Positions 21,779 through 32,800 of a stretch of DNA of 64,000 bases are shown here, in pieces. Every line of letters begins with the position of its first letter. Within the stretch, counting starts at the first letter, position 1. The notes beneath the pieces are model-generated. The model was not told where the DNA came from, ran no database searches, and worked only from the letters and a program-made list of their open reading frames with translations. Source of the stretch: an uncultured Planctomycetaceae bacterium (GTDB taxonomy: Bacteria > Planctomycetota > Planctomycetia > Planctomycetales > Planctomycetaceae); the NCBI GenBank assembly GCA_963815195.1, contig CAWFGE010000020.1, positions 352,001 to 416,000 on the forward strand. The letters run 5' to 3'. A program made the translations under genes and the position numbers.

Positions 21779-24700
21779 ATGGGGATCGGGAAGAACTCGC
21801 CGTCGCAAGAACCAGCTGCGGACCGCATCCGCTGGCTCTGCGATCAGTTCAAACAGGCCTGGCAAAGCGGGAATCAGCCTCGGATCGAGGACTACCTGGT
21901 TCAAGTTGACGAGTCCATCCGCTCGCCTTTGTTGACGGAACTTTTGAGGATCGAATTCGACCACCACAAACAAGCAGGCCAGGCGATCCATCGCAGCGAC
22001 TACGCCGGGCGGTTTCCCAGTTATGGACGCGAGTTGAATGCCGTCTTCGGCACGGGCGAAAGCAGCGAGACGCAGGATCTTTCCCTCCGAGACTTTTCCT
22101 CGACCGTGGTGTCCCCGGACAGGGTCGTTTGCGGTTCTGAAGAGACGATTGAAGGGAGCGGATTCGCGGTTGACGTGGCGCGCGGGCCCAACCTGGGAAC
22201 GTTCGGCGCGTATGAGATTTTGGCCGAACTCGGCCGGGGCGGGATGGGCGTGGTTTATAAGGCCCGGCAAAATACTGCGGACCGGCTCGTGGCTCTCAAG
22301 GTCATCCGCGCGGACCGCTTCGGCGGCGAGAACGACCCCGGCCGGCAGGAAGCGGTGGAACGCTTCCGCGTCGAAGCCAAAGCCGCCGCGCGTTTGCAGC
22401 ACGACAATCTGGTCACAGTCTACGAGGTTGGCGAAGTGGGCGGCCAGCCGTTTTTTTCGATGCGTTACATCGAAGGCCAAAGCCTCAAGTCGCTGCTCAA
22501 GGACGGCCCGCTGGACAACCGCCGGGCCGCGGCGATTCTGCTCGACGTTGCCCAGGGCGTCTCTGCCGCCCACCAGCATGGCATCCTGCACCGGGATCTC
22601 AAGCCGGACAACGTGTTAATCGAGACGGCATCCGGGCGGGCGATGGTCGCGGATTTTGGTTTGGCCAAACTCGCGGAAGAGCACGGGATGACGTTAACGG
22701 GCGTCGGCATTGGCACGCCGCAATATATGCCTCCCGAACAGGCGTCCGACGCGGCGACCGTCACCGTCGCCAGCGACATCTATTCGCTGGGGGCGACGTT
22801 GTATCATCTCCTCACCGGGCGGCCGCCGTTCCGCGGGGAATTGTATGAAGTCCTGCGGAAGATCAAGGAGGAGATTCCCGCGCCGCCCCGGCAACTCAAT
22901 CCTCGCTGCGATGCCGACCTCGAAACACTTTGCCTGAAATGCCTGGAGAAACAGCCAGCCAAGCGTTTTTCCGCGGTCCAAGAATTGATCGACGAACTCG
23001 AGCGTTACCTGGACCGCCGGCCGATTCTGAGCCGGCCCATCGGAAAAACCGAGCGTCTCTGGCGCTGGTGCAAGCGAAAACCGCTGGCGGCAGCTTTCAG
23101 CGCGGCGGTGGTTGTTCTGGCGATGGTGATTGCTCTCGCCGTGGGACTGGCCCGGCACGCGACCGAATCCAATCGGTTGGCCGAGCTAAACCGGCAATTC
23201 GAAGTCGGATTGGATCGTCCCGAACTCTCGGCCGCCTACCTGGGCCAAATGGACCGGCTGATCGGCGAACTGCGACGTTTTTCGCCCGAAAAGGCTGACG
23301 AAGCCAATCAAAGGTTGAATGCGGAGTTTGTCCAGACGGCGGACAAGAGTCTCCGCAGGCCGCGGCTGTCCGAGGCGGATGTCGCGGAGATCCGCTCGGC
23401 GATCGAATTGCTCGCGGAGCGCGCTCCCGACTCCGCCCAGTCTCTGCAAAACGACTTGACGGCCCGGCTCACGGATTGGCAAACACTGCTCGCGTTCAGC
23501 CCGCCGATGAAGGACGTTCAAACGGTCTTCGCTCAAAATGCCATGCGGGTCAATCGCGACGGCCTGCTCGAACCCGTTGCCAAAAAACAAGGGCCCATTA
23601 CCCTCAATCCTTGGCTGCCTCCAGAGATGCAGAGCGAACGGCTCTTTGCCCCGCGAATCGAATCGCGGGTGAGCTGCGCGCACGATGTGCAATGGCTGGT
23701 GAGATTCGATCCCTCTTGGGAAAAGGCGCATGAGGTGGGGCTGTCGCTGAACGCCTCCGGGAAGGCCGGATATGATTTCGTCCTCCGCGTGCTTTCGCCT
23801 TTGCCCCCGCCAACCGAAACCACTCCGCTGAAACCGGAGGACATCCGCTTCCGTTCCCTGGGGACGGCTCGGGCCGAGAACGGTGAGTTCGTGATGGAAA
23901 TCCGCCGCAATGGGATTCCCCTGGTCCGGCAGCCACTGTCGGAGAAAGAGATTCCGTCCGGTCCTTTGCGATTTTTCGCCGCCCGAGAAAAAGGCCAGCT
24001 CAGGATGCAAATCAATTGGCTCAAGCCTCTGGAAATCTACGATCCATTCCAGATCAGCGGAGGACGGCCCGGCGTGTTCGCCTTACGGTTGACGGGAGAG
24101 GTCGCCATCCGCGAGTTGAAAGCCGAGAGCCGCCGGCAAGCCGCGAGCGCCAGCGGTTTGGAGCGGGGCGACGAGTTGTTCAACCAGGAGCAGTATGATC
24201 TGGCCTTGGAGGAATACCGCCGGCAGGCGCTGGTGGCGGAGGATCCGCTGTTCCGCCAGGAAGCCCGCTACAAACAAGGCCGCTGCCTGATGGAACAGGG
24301 ACGCCGGGACGAGGCGCAGCCGATCTTTGAAAAACTGTTCGCGGTATCCGGCGAACGCTGGTCGCCTCTGGCGGGGCTGCAGCTTTGGCTGATTTTGATC
24401 CGCAAGGACGAGCACAAACAGGCCAACGAGTTGTTTCAACTGCTGTCTTCCCGCTACCGCTTCGAGCAGCTTGCGGCCTTGGTTCCCAGCCAGGTCCGCG
24501 AGGAGATCATCGCATTCTCCACAAAGCCCGATGGATTGTTTCGCACCATGCTCATGCCCCGGCCCGACTACGTGCGCGACATGGAACGCGCGGCCGCCAT
24601 CGACCGGTACCTCAGTTACGACGGCAACGGCACGCTCGATCGCCAACTCGATCTCGGGTTAGCCTACATGGTGGTCGGGAAAAACCAAACCGCCGCCGAG

Positions 24701-25969
24701 ATTCTCGGCCCCATCGCGGAACGGCGGCCGGTGACCCGAGCCATCCGCCACTATGTGCGGGCCCTCAGACACACCGGGCGACTCCACGAAGCCTACCTCG
24801 CCATCAACCAGGCGATCGACGCCGTCGATCCCGACAAGCCGGCGGGCACCTTGCACTTATTGATCGACCGGGCCCGAGTCCTCGTCGCGGTGAAAGACTA
24901 CGCCAAGGCGGAGCAGGACGTGCTAAAAGTCCTGTCTTTCAAAGACCCCAACCGGGACCCGGCGACGTACGCCCGCCTGATCCACGGCTTTCTGCTGGAA
25001 CAGCGGGGCGATGCAGCAGGAGCCGTCGCCTGCTGGCGGGACGGCTATCGCGAATCCCGCTCCTTTCTGGCCGCCTCCGCCCGCGTCACCTCGACCGAAG
25101 CCCTGAATATTTTGATCATGGGCTCTTTGAGCGGCGAAATGACTCAGCAGGATGCGCTGCCCGTTGCGGAGAAATTGCTGGCCCAGTCGAATAATCCGCT
25201 GTTTAATGTGTTCCGGTCGGCCGTGTCCCCGAATACGTTCGCGTCGGTCTTCTGCGAGATGTGGCGCACGCCCAGGGGCCGCGACATCGCCCGGGGCTTT
25301 GCCTACGAGAGCCTCTCCTTTCAGGACCGAACCCGCCTCCCCTTGCTGCTGGGCGCGGCGACCTACGTCCAGCAGTCGGCGGTGGGCAAATCGCTGACGC
25401 CCGAAGACGAGGCGTTGGTCTGGCAGGTTCTCGAGACGCAGTTTGATCAGTTTTTCCGAGAGTCCCGCATCACGTCCGCCCAAGCCGTCCAACTGGGGCT
25501 TGCCTGGAAGGGCACGTCGGGTTTTTTGGGATGGGGCGGGGTCGCGCCGCAGTTGGAACGGGAACTGCGGGCGCAGCTCGCCTACATCATGGGCCATCGC
25601 TACATCCGCCTCGGCCAAACCTCGCAAGCGGCCAAATTCTTCGAGACCTCCCAACGAGATGCGCCGGCGGATTCTTTGACCGCTCAACTCGCCGCAAAAG
25701 CCGGTCAGCTGCTGAAGGCTGGCCGAGGCCGGCTCGTCTGCGAGCCGAAAACAAAGGCAAAACCGTTGGTCGTCCACGTTCTCCAAAACAAAAAACGGAT
25801 CGCCACGCTTCGCCTGCCCGACCAGTCGGAAGTCGCGCTGGAACCCGGAACCTATCAGGTCAAACTCGATCCCGAAGATCCCGGCATCCAACTCTCCCCG
25901 GACAACCTTACCATTCGGCTCGCCGGAACCACCCTGCTCACCGCTGACGCCGGCCGGACTGGGAAGTGA
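21779..25969 (+). CDS. Ser/Thr protein kinase (Hanks type) with TM segment and TPR-like region
   Basis: Planctomycete-type N-terminus CDQFKQAW..PRIEDYL; GRGGMGVVY, VALKVI, HRDLKPDN, DFGLA, GTPQYMPPEQ; WRWCKRKP followed by a TM segment. Confidence 0.93.
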   Translation: MGIGKNSPSQEPAADRIRWLCDQFKQAWQSGNQPRIEDYLVQVDESIRSPLLTELLRIEFDHHKQAGQAIHRSDYAGRFPSYGRELNAVFGTGESSETQDLSLRDFSSTVVSPDRVVCGSEETIEGSGFAVDVARGPNLGTFGAYEILAELGRGGMGVVYKARQNTADRLVALKVIRADRFGGENDPGRQEAVERFRVEAKAAARLQHDNLVTVYEVGEVGGQPFFSMRYIEGQSLKSLLKDGPLDNRRAAAILLDVAQGVSAAHQHGILHRDLKPDNVLIETASGRAMVADFGLAKLAEEHGMTLTGVGIGTPQYMPPEQASDAATVTVASDIYSLGATLYHLLTGRPPFRGELYEVLRKIKEEIPAPPRQLNPRCDADLETLCLKCLEKQPAKRFSAVQELIDELERYLDRRPILSRPIGKTERLWRWCKRKPLAAAFSAAVVVLAMVIALAVGLARHATESNRLAELNRQFEVGLDRPELSAAYLGQMDRLIGELRRFSPEKADEANQRLNAEFVQTADKSLRRPRLSEADVAEIRSAIELLAERAPDSAQSLQNDLTARLTDWQTLLAFSPPMKDVQTVFAQNAMRVNRDGLLEPVAKKQGPITLNPWLPPEMQSERLFAPRIESRVSCAHDVQWLVRFDPSWEKAHEVGLSLNASGKAGYDFVLRVLSPLPPPTETTPLKPEDIRFRSLGTARAENGEFVMEIRRNGIPLVRQPLSEKEIPSGPLRFFAAREKGQLRMQINWLKPLEIYDPFQISGGRPGVFALRLTGEVAIRELKAESRRQAASASGLERGDELFNQEQYDLALEEYRRQALVAEDPLFRQEARYKQGRCLMEQGRRDEAQPIFEKLFAVSGERWSPLAGLQLWLILIRKDEHKQANELFQLLSSRYRFEQLAALVPSQVREEIIAFSTKPDGLFRTMLMPRPDYVRDMERAAAIDRYLSYDGNGTLDRQLDLGLAYMVVGKNQTAAEILGPIAERRPVTRAIRHYVRALRHTGRLHEAYLAINQAIDAVDPDKPAGTLHLLIDRARVLVAVKDYAKAEQDVLKVLSFKDPNRDPATYARLIHGFLLEQRGDAAGAVACWRDGYRESRSFLAASARVTSTEALNILIMGSLSGEMTQQDALPVAEKLLAQSNNPLFNVFRSAVSPNTFASVFCEMWRTPRGRDIARGFAYESLSFQDRTRLPLLLGAATYVQQSAVGKSLTPEDEALVWQVLETQFDQFFRESRITSAQAVQLGLAWKGTSGFLGWGGVAPQLERELRAQLAYIMGHRYIRLGQTSQAAKFFETSQRDAPADSLTAQLAAKAGQLLKAGRGRLVCEPKTKAKPLVVHVLQNKKRIATLRLPDQSEVALEPGTYQVKLDPEDPGIQLSPDNLTIRLAGTTLLTADAGRTGK

Positions 25970-25979
25970 TGCGAAACCC

Positions 25980-26945
25980 TCACGGCCCGTCTTGAAAAAG
26001 CGGGCACTCGTCTAGACGTCTGCGGATTTCCTGTTGCAACCGCCGAAATCCTGGCCCGTTCAATCCTCCATACTGCGTTTTCAAGTTTTCTGCGGAAATC
26101 CCCTCAGGCAGGCCGTCCAGCGCGGGCATGTATGCCTCCGTCACAGGGGATTTTAGAAATCGACGCTGGAAACCTTCCGCAGACGGATCGTCTCGCGCCG
26201 CGTTGACGCCGAACCGTGATCCCGCCTGGTCCGCCAGGAGATCGACAAATGAAAACCCACTGCCGCCCTTCTCCATGTCGGCCTGTTCTTTCATTTGCCC
26301 GATCAGTTGGCTTAACGTCTCATGCGAAAGAGCGGCCAATGCGGCACTGATGCAGAAATGTTGAGCAAGGTCCCGGCGGCCGCGCAATCGCACACTACTG
26401 CCCAGCCGCCAAATATCGCGTTTCGTTTTTTCATCGGGAACAAAACCTGCAAACCAGGCGAAGCGGGAATGGCCGACAACAATGCCCAACGCGGCGAGAG
26501 CCGCCATGTTTTCTTGCTTTGAACCAGATCGTTGCGATCGTGTCTGGGCAAACGAAATGCTGGATTGCATGACCGTGGAAAGGTCAATCGTTGTGTTTTC
26601 CTGATTGCGGTGATGCGAATCCAGAAAACCGATCAGGTGATTGACGTGCGATTCGATGGCCCTTTTGGAAGGACCGTCCATTGTTTCCGTTTGATGATCA
26701 CGAATGTCACGGATCGCCTTGCTCCGCCTTCGCTTTGAAGATTCCGCATTTTGGTGCTTCTGGATGTGTGGTCTCTGGCGGAGGCTTGGCTTTTCCGCGC
26801 TCTTTTTCTTCAGTGCCAGCCGTGGAACATCCCGCGAACGCCACAATTGAAACGCATAAAACGCAAAAAACGCCAAACTCACCAGACATTTCGTTTCCCA
26901 AAAAACACAGAGGATTCTCCAGAATTTCCGCCTGGACCCCAGCAA
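25980..26945 (-). CDS. Hypothetical protein, probably 5'-truncated
   Basis: C-terminal half looks conserved (RRDLAQHF.ISAAL, KE..D...GSGFSFVDLLAD.AG); N-terminal part runs through simple repeats. Confidence 0.55.
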   Translation of the reverse strand: MLGSRRKFWRILCVFWETKCLVSLAFFAFYAFQLWRSRDVPRLALKKKSAEKPSLRQRPHIQKHQNAESSKRRRSKAIRDIRDHQTETMDGPSKRAIESHVNHLIGFLDSHHRNQENTTIDLSTVMQSSISFAQTRSQRSGSKQENMAALAALGIVVGHSRFAWFAGFVPDEKTKRDIWRLGSSVRLRGRRDLAQHFCISAALAALSHETLSQLIGQMKEQADMEKGGSGFSFVDLLADQAGSRFGVNAARDDPSAEGFQRRFLKSPVTEAYMPALDGLPEGISAENLKTQYGGLNGPGFRRLQQEIRRRLDECPLFQDGP

Positions 26946-27069
26946 ACTCTCCCCAAATAATCACCCACTCAACAAGATGAATTTCACGGTTCGCTTTGCC
27001 CCTTGGCCTCCCCGTCGCTCAGGTCGACCGAATGCCCACCGGGTTTGCAGCCACCTTATGGATCGGCTG

Positions 27070-28854
27070 TTACTCAACAAATTCCAGCCACCCGAAACGT
27101 TCCGGTGCATGAAACGTGCCCTTCAGGGTGGGTGACATGGCGAGGAATCCTTTGTCGGCTTTATCGTGTCGGTAGAGGTTCAGTTTCCAGCGAGTTCCCG
27201 CCTTCGGCATTGTTTCACTGAGGGCCGTCAGCGGGATGCGAGCTTCGACACGCCAGACTTTCGCGGTTTCGTCCACGACGACCGCGGATTCGCCGCCGGC
27301 GGTCCATTCGAAATCCTTGGCAGGCAAGTCGAGCTTCAGGTCCAGCGTCTCACCGGAAGGTGCCCATTCGAATTCCGTGTATCGGGTGATGTGTTCCGGA
27401 TCAGAACCTATGAACGCTTCGACAACGTCGTACTCCCACAAACCCAGTCGCTCTGTCTTTGATGCGGGCAGCCATCTGCTGACTTCCCGAAACGGACATT
27501 CGTAGCTCAGATACAGAAACTTGTCCGACCAGAGCAGCCGAACCGGCGTACTCAAGTCCGGCCGAGCGGTGCTGTCGATGGACTGATATTCCAGCCGACA
27601 GGGAATGGCTTTCTTCCATTCGGCTTCGTTTAACTTACCGTCGGGCACAAAGTCATGGTCAATCTTCTGTGCTCGAACCACGGGTAACGGAATGGACCTG
27701 GCGAACACGCGTCGCGCGTTGTCAAAGTAGATCTTGCGGCAGACTTGGGGAGACAGATTGATGCTGCTGATCAGCCAGTTGCCCTGAATCGGCGTCATGT
27801 GAGCCCAATCGCGATCATCCGTTTCCAACCATCGCCGGCACTTCATGAAAAAGACGACGGCATCGTCGTCGGTCGGATTTTCCGCATCTCCCCCGGAGCC
27901 CAAAATTAACTTGTTGTAAACCATAAAGTCTGTCGCAAACAGAATCCGGTCCTGATACTTTTCAAACAGGCCTCGCACCTTGGCCGGATCGTGTCGACCG
28001 AGTTCAGGAATTCGTGCCGCAAGATCGACATACATGTTCGGATAACGTTTCAATGCCGCGTCGACCCAGTCCAGGTCTTCGGGATTATTTGCGAAGTGGA
28101 CACGAACAAACGTGGTCCGAGGATGACGTTCAATGACTCGATTCAACGCTTCAAGCAGTTCCATGCGGGGGGGATATTTGGCTGGATCGCCAAACCACCA
28201 ACTGCGGTGATCCTTGAGTTCCGTCCAACGCTCATTTGTCTTGTTGTACGGAAGCCAGAACGCCTTCGGATCACCCACGTGAATGCTGACTGGCATGTGG
28301 AGTTCACCGCATCGTCGCCAAACGGGATCAAGTTTCTCATCATCGATGCGAATGAGTTTCCCGCTGCCATCCTTCAGGAACAGCCCGAGCCGTTTGAATT
28401 CTTTCAATCCGGCTGCGCCCAAACGATGGCCGTCCTCGATTTGCTTGACCGCCCGCTCACTCCAGTCCGCATCATCCCAGCCTGCATAGTCCAGAAGCAT
28501 GTGGTGCATGAACCGGCCGGGGTAAAGTTTTTCCGATCGCTCGCGCGCCTTCTGGAAACTCGACGGTTTGCCGTCTTTCGACGTCACTGTGCCTGCCCCA
28601 AGAATCACGCCCATGCCAACGCCAGATCGATCCAGAATCCCAATCGCACGTTTCAACCGCTCCGGCCTGTCTTCGATGTGTTGATGCACGTCGATGATGC
28701 GGTGCTCCCGCCGCCAGACATCCGACGATAGCGTGTCTGCTCTCGGGTCCGGCAGCGTCGCTGTCTGAGCCATAATGCTCGAAGAGGTCAGCAGAAGATT
28801 GAACAGGAATCCGTAGCGAAGCGAATGCAGCAAAATGCAATTGAAAATGGTCAC
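27070..28854 (-). CDS. Amidohydrolase family protein with C-terminal CBM9/DOMON-like sugar-binding domain
   Basis: IDVHQH, SIHVGDP, ILFATD; C-terminal PDGKLNEAEW, LLWSDKFLY, WEYDVVEAFI, FHAPERFG. Start uncertain. Confidence 0.85.
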   Translation of the reverse strand: MTIFNCILLHSLRYGFLFNLLLTSSSIMAQTATLPDPRADTLSSDVWRREHRIIDVHQHIEDRPERLKRAIGILDRSGVGMGVILGAGTVTSKDGKPSSFQKARERSEKLYPGRFMHHMLLDYAGWDDADWSERAVKQIEDGHRLGAAGLKEFKRLGLFLKDGSGKLIRIDDEKLDPVWRRCGELHMPVSIHVGDPKAFWLPYNKTNERWTELKDHRSWWFGDPAKYPPRMELLEALNRVIERHPRTTFVRVHFANNPEDLDWVDAALKRYPNMYVDLAARIPELGRHDPAKVRGLFEKYQDRILFATDFMVYNKLILGSGGDAENPTDDDAVVFFMKCRRWLETDDRDWAHMTPIQGNWLISSINLSPQVCRKIYFDNARRVFARSIPLPVVRAQKIDHDFVPDGKLNEAEWKKAIPCRLEYQSIDSTARPDLSTPVRLLWSDKFLYLSYECPFREVSRWLPASKTERLGLWEYDVVEAFIGSDPEHITRYTEFEWAPSGETLDLKLDLPAKDFEWTAGGESAVVVDETAKVWRVEARIPLTALSETMPKAGTRWKLNLYRHDKADKGFLAMSPTLKGTFHAPERFGWLEFVE

Positions 28855-29040
28855 AGGACTTGGCCCTCCCGTAAAAATGGGACATTCAGCAGAAGTTGAG
28901 AATGAGGAGTTCGATCATCATCCTACTTCGGAAACCGCGATTGCGAAACAATGGCGAGAAACCATTTGGCGAACTGTTCTTCGTCCGTCAAAACAATCGG
29001 CCAACCGAACGCGGCACGGGCCAATCTTACGCCACGTGTG

Positions 29041-29225
29041 GCGAACTTGCGGGTCGTGATTGTCGACGAAATCCATGCCTTTGCCGGGGATGATCGTGGC
29101 TGGCATCTCTGCGACGGTGGGAAACCCGGAAACCCTCTCGAATTGGCCGGCCGGTTCTTGTGAGGGACCGCGCGGTATCTTCCTACCACCCGCATTCGGA
29201 AGTGGAGAAGCCGACGTGCAACGGT
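29041..29225 (+). pseudogene. Lhr-like DEAD/DEAH helicase fragment
   Basis: LRVVIVDEIHAFAGDDRGWHL (motif II) joined out of frame to SATVGNPETL (motif III). Confidence 0.75.
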
Positions 29226-29397
29226 TCCAGACAGAAATCGCGTCGGTCGATGTGACCGCTGCGACTCGGGAAGTCACCTGGCCGGGGGATAGCAACCTCA
29301 GCGTACCGTTCCCCAAGTCCCATGATGGTTGACTGAGTCCGAGCGGGCGGGGGGGCGGCGACTATTTTCAGCCATAGAAAATCTCTCAATTCGACGA

Positions 29398-29447
29398 TTG
29401 ACGACATGTGTCGACAATGATACGATGGCTTGTAACGACGCATGTCG
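29398..29447 (+). promoter_or_regulatory. blaI promoter with two CGAC-N4-GTCG operator-like palindromes
   Basis: TTGACG-17-TACGAT (29398-29426); palindromes at 29402-29413 and 29436-29447. Confidence 0.6.
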
Positions 29448-29481
29448 GCGCTCGGTCATCGGCACATTTGGGAGACACACT

Positions 29482-29889
29482 ATGGGAACGCCCGAAGGAA
29501 AACTGACCCCGGTCCAGTTCGAGATTATGCAACTGATCTGGGACTCGGCCCAGGGGCTGACGATCGGGGAAATCTGGGAGGCGATTCGCGCGGGCCGCGA
29601 TGTCAGCCGGACCACCGTGTTCAATCTTGTCGATCGTCTGGCAAAGCGCGCCTGGCTGAATCGCGGCAAAGATCAAGGGGTGTATCGGTATGCCGCGGCT
29701 GTCCCTCGCCCGTCGGCCGAAGCGCAGTTGGCGGCGGAGTTTCTCGAGGAGTTCTTCGACGGATCGGCGGCGAATCTGGTGATGAGTCTTCTCGGTTCCC
29801 AGCGGATTTCCCAGTCGGATATCAAACGGCTGAAGCGCCTGATTCACGAGAAAGAAACGGGATCGACATCCAAAAGAGGAGAATCGTAA
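29482..29889 (+). CDS. BlaI/MecI/CopY family repressor
   Basis: LTPVQFEIMQLIW, SRTTVFNLVDRLAKR, FFDGSAANLV; TAATG overlap with the M56 gene. Confidence 0.92.
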   Translation: MGTPEGKLTPVQFEIMQLIWDSAQGLTIGEIWEAIRAGRDVSRTTVFNLVDRLAKRAWLNRGKDQGVYRYAAAVPRPSAEAQLAAEFLEEFFDGSAANLVMSLLGSQRISQSDIKRLKRLIHEKETGSTSKRGES

Positions 29890-32800
29890 TGTCCTCATTT
29901 TCAGACCTGTTGGTATCCACGCCGTTTCTTGTTCGATGTTTGAATGCGGCCCTCGCATCGGCGGCGGCATGCGCCCTCGCGATCCTGTTGAGTCGCCGCC
30001 GCACCTGGTCCCTGCCTGCCCGTCATGCGGTGCTGGTCGCGGCAATCGTCATCAGCCTTCTGGCTCCTCTTGTCGTTCCCTTGTTTCACCCTCCCGCGAT
30101 TTGGGCTTTCGGAGTTTCGGCGACCGCGGATCGGGTGGAGCCAACAGCCGGCTCGCAGCCAAATCGCCTGATTCCCTCAGCAAACAGCCAGGAATCGCCG
30201 GCGTCAAATCCGATCCCCATTCCGGTGGCTGACACCAATCCCAACCGGCCGGTGGTTGCCGAACCTCCCGTCGTCCGGCGAGTCGCAGCGGTTCCCGATT
30301 CGCCCCCGCGATCACCCGCCCACGAAGAGCCTACAGTCACTGCCGCGGACTGGGTGCGAATGCTGGGCAGCCTGCTGTGCGGTATCTGGTTCGTCGGCAT
30401 TGCGGTTGGCGGCTTGCGTTTTATACTGAGCCTCGTTCGCTTGAAGGTCTGGAGGCAAACGCTCACCGCCTCGGACAGTCCGCTTTTGGCTGTCGCGGCG
30501 CGCTGGGCCGCAAAGGAAATGGGGTTGCGCAAGGAAGTCGGCGTCCAGTGTTCGAACTGTTTGCCGACCCCAGTGACGGTCGGCCTGATTCACCCTCGGA
30601 TCGTCGTACCGGCAGGCATCGAATCGAGCCTGTCGAAGGAGCAATGGCGCGCGGTCCTGCTGCACGAAATGGCCCACATTGCGCGGCGAGATTTGTGGAT
30701 CAGTCTGCTTCAGCAAATCGCGCAAATCGGTTATTGGTGGAATCCGCTCGTGTGCCTCGTGAACCGTCAACTCGCCGACTTGCGCGAGCAGATTTGCGAC
30801 GACATTGCGCTTCGGGAACACATCGATCCAGGAAACTACGCGGCCACGTTGATTTCGATCGCGGAGCGAGCCGCTGAGGGGCCGCCCGTGCCGGCGACGC
30901 TCGGCATCGGTTCGTCGCCCGCCCGACAACTGGAGAGACGCATCCAACGAATCCTTGCGCCGCCGGCCTCCAAGCGGCTTTGGTTGACCCCGCATGCGCT
31001 GATCGGAGTGGCCGTGGCTTCGCTGTTGATGACGGCGACGGTTCTCTTCGCCCAGGTTCAAGTCAAAACGTCCGATAGACCAACCGGCGATTCACCGCGG
31101 AGCGCCGCCGTGAGACCCGCAATCGCCGAGACCAGGCCGGCTCCAGCCAACCCGACGCTGCACGACCTGATTCAGGAAATGGCGGCCTACGAGCAGAGGT
31201 ACTTCCCGTTCGAGGTCCAGGTCATGGAGACGTTTCGCTTCCCCGACGATCTGACTCCTCAGGAGAAGGCGCGGAACCTCAGGGCGGACGGGCGGAAGCA
31301 TCAAAAGCTAATGGAATACGCCCAGCTCGCAAAACGGATTTGGAGGAGTAAGGAAACGATCTTCGTGGACGATGAACTCGAACAAGGTCCGTACGAACGG
31401 TTCAGCGATGGCCAGCAGATCGTTCAGAGATCGCCGAGTTCGGTGACCATCAACGGCGTCACGGACACGGAATACTACATCAACAACCGGCAGAACGACA
31501 TCTTCAACTATTTATCCGCCGAGCCGCTGCTTGGTGTGCTCTGCCTCTCGATGTATGGCAGGGGGGAACTGTTTTCGGAGGCCTTCAAAGAGGACGAAGA
31601 GGCGGTGGATCTGGCCTGGGACAACGGCGACGCGAAGCTGACGTTTGTGTTTGGAAAACCGCACTGGAACACACAGTATGTCCTGTGGCTGAGCCGTGCC
31701 CATGCCTGGCAGCCCATCCGGCTGCAACGGTATATGGATGCGAAAGACAAGTTTTGGTTCGACGAATGGGAAGTCACGAAGTTCGTCCCGCACGGAAAGC
31801 TGTGGCGCGTCGCCGAAGGAACACACCGCTACCGGGATTGGAGGGACAAGGAAATCGCGGACCCGAAAATCAAGTATTCCATGGATTTTAAGGTTCTCTC
31901 GGAGAAATACGGCCGCGACGTTGACGAGAAGCAATTTCACATTGAAATTCCCAAGGGGGCCAAAGTTCGCGTGCAAGGTCAAGCGGAAGCCGAGCCTCCG
32001 CTCCCTGCGAAGACCCGCGAAATCACGGTCACCGTTGTTGATGTGGTCGGCAAACCGATTCCCCAAGCCTCTGTGAAACTGCCGGCCACCCGCTTGCGCA
32101 ATCACGATCTCATGAGGACCGACGCCCAAGGCGTGGCCCGGTCGGCAAAGGCCCCGGCGGACAACGTGACGGTGCAGATCACCGCCGACGGCTTTCGTCC
32201 GGTGACGTGGATCATGGGGAACGTGAACAAACTACGGGCAATCATGGTCCCGCTGTCGCCCGGAATCGTTGTGGACGAACAGGGAAATCCGGTTGCGGAC
32301 GCCTGGATCACGCACGAGCATCTTCAGATTCGCGCTGATGGAATCACCCACGTCCCGGACCGGGATTGGAATGGAAAGGATAAGGATTGGAGCGGCGCGG
32401 ACGGCCACTTTAGGCTCAAAACGAATCTGACATTGCGCCGCAACGACGCCTTGGTTTCGTACATCGCTGTGAATCCGAATCGGGACAAGATGGCGATCGC
32501 GTTTGTTCCGGCCCGCAAACTTGGCGAGCCTAAGACACTGGTGCTTGAACCCGTCTGCGACGTGCAGGGGCATTGTCTTTTCTTGGAAACGGCAGAACTC
32601 GTAAATGTCGGCATCGGGCTGGAAACGTCCCACGGCGAGTCCATCGGCTGGCTCTCCCCCCGAAAGGCGTTGACGCCCAAAGGTCTGCGGATTGATTTTG
32701 AAATTCGGCTTCCTCCGGGGGACTACGTGCTGGCGAGTCCGCAGACGTCTCTTCATGCGGGGTTCAAGATTCCCTTCTCTGTGGCCGCCGGACGAAAGGA

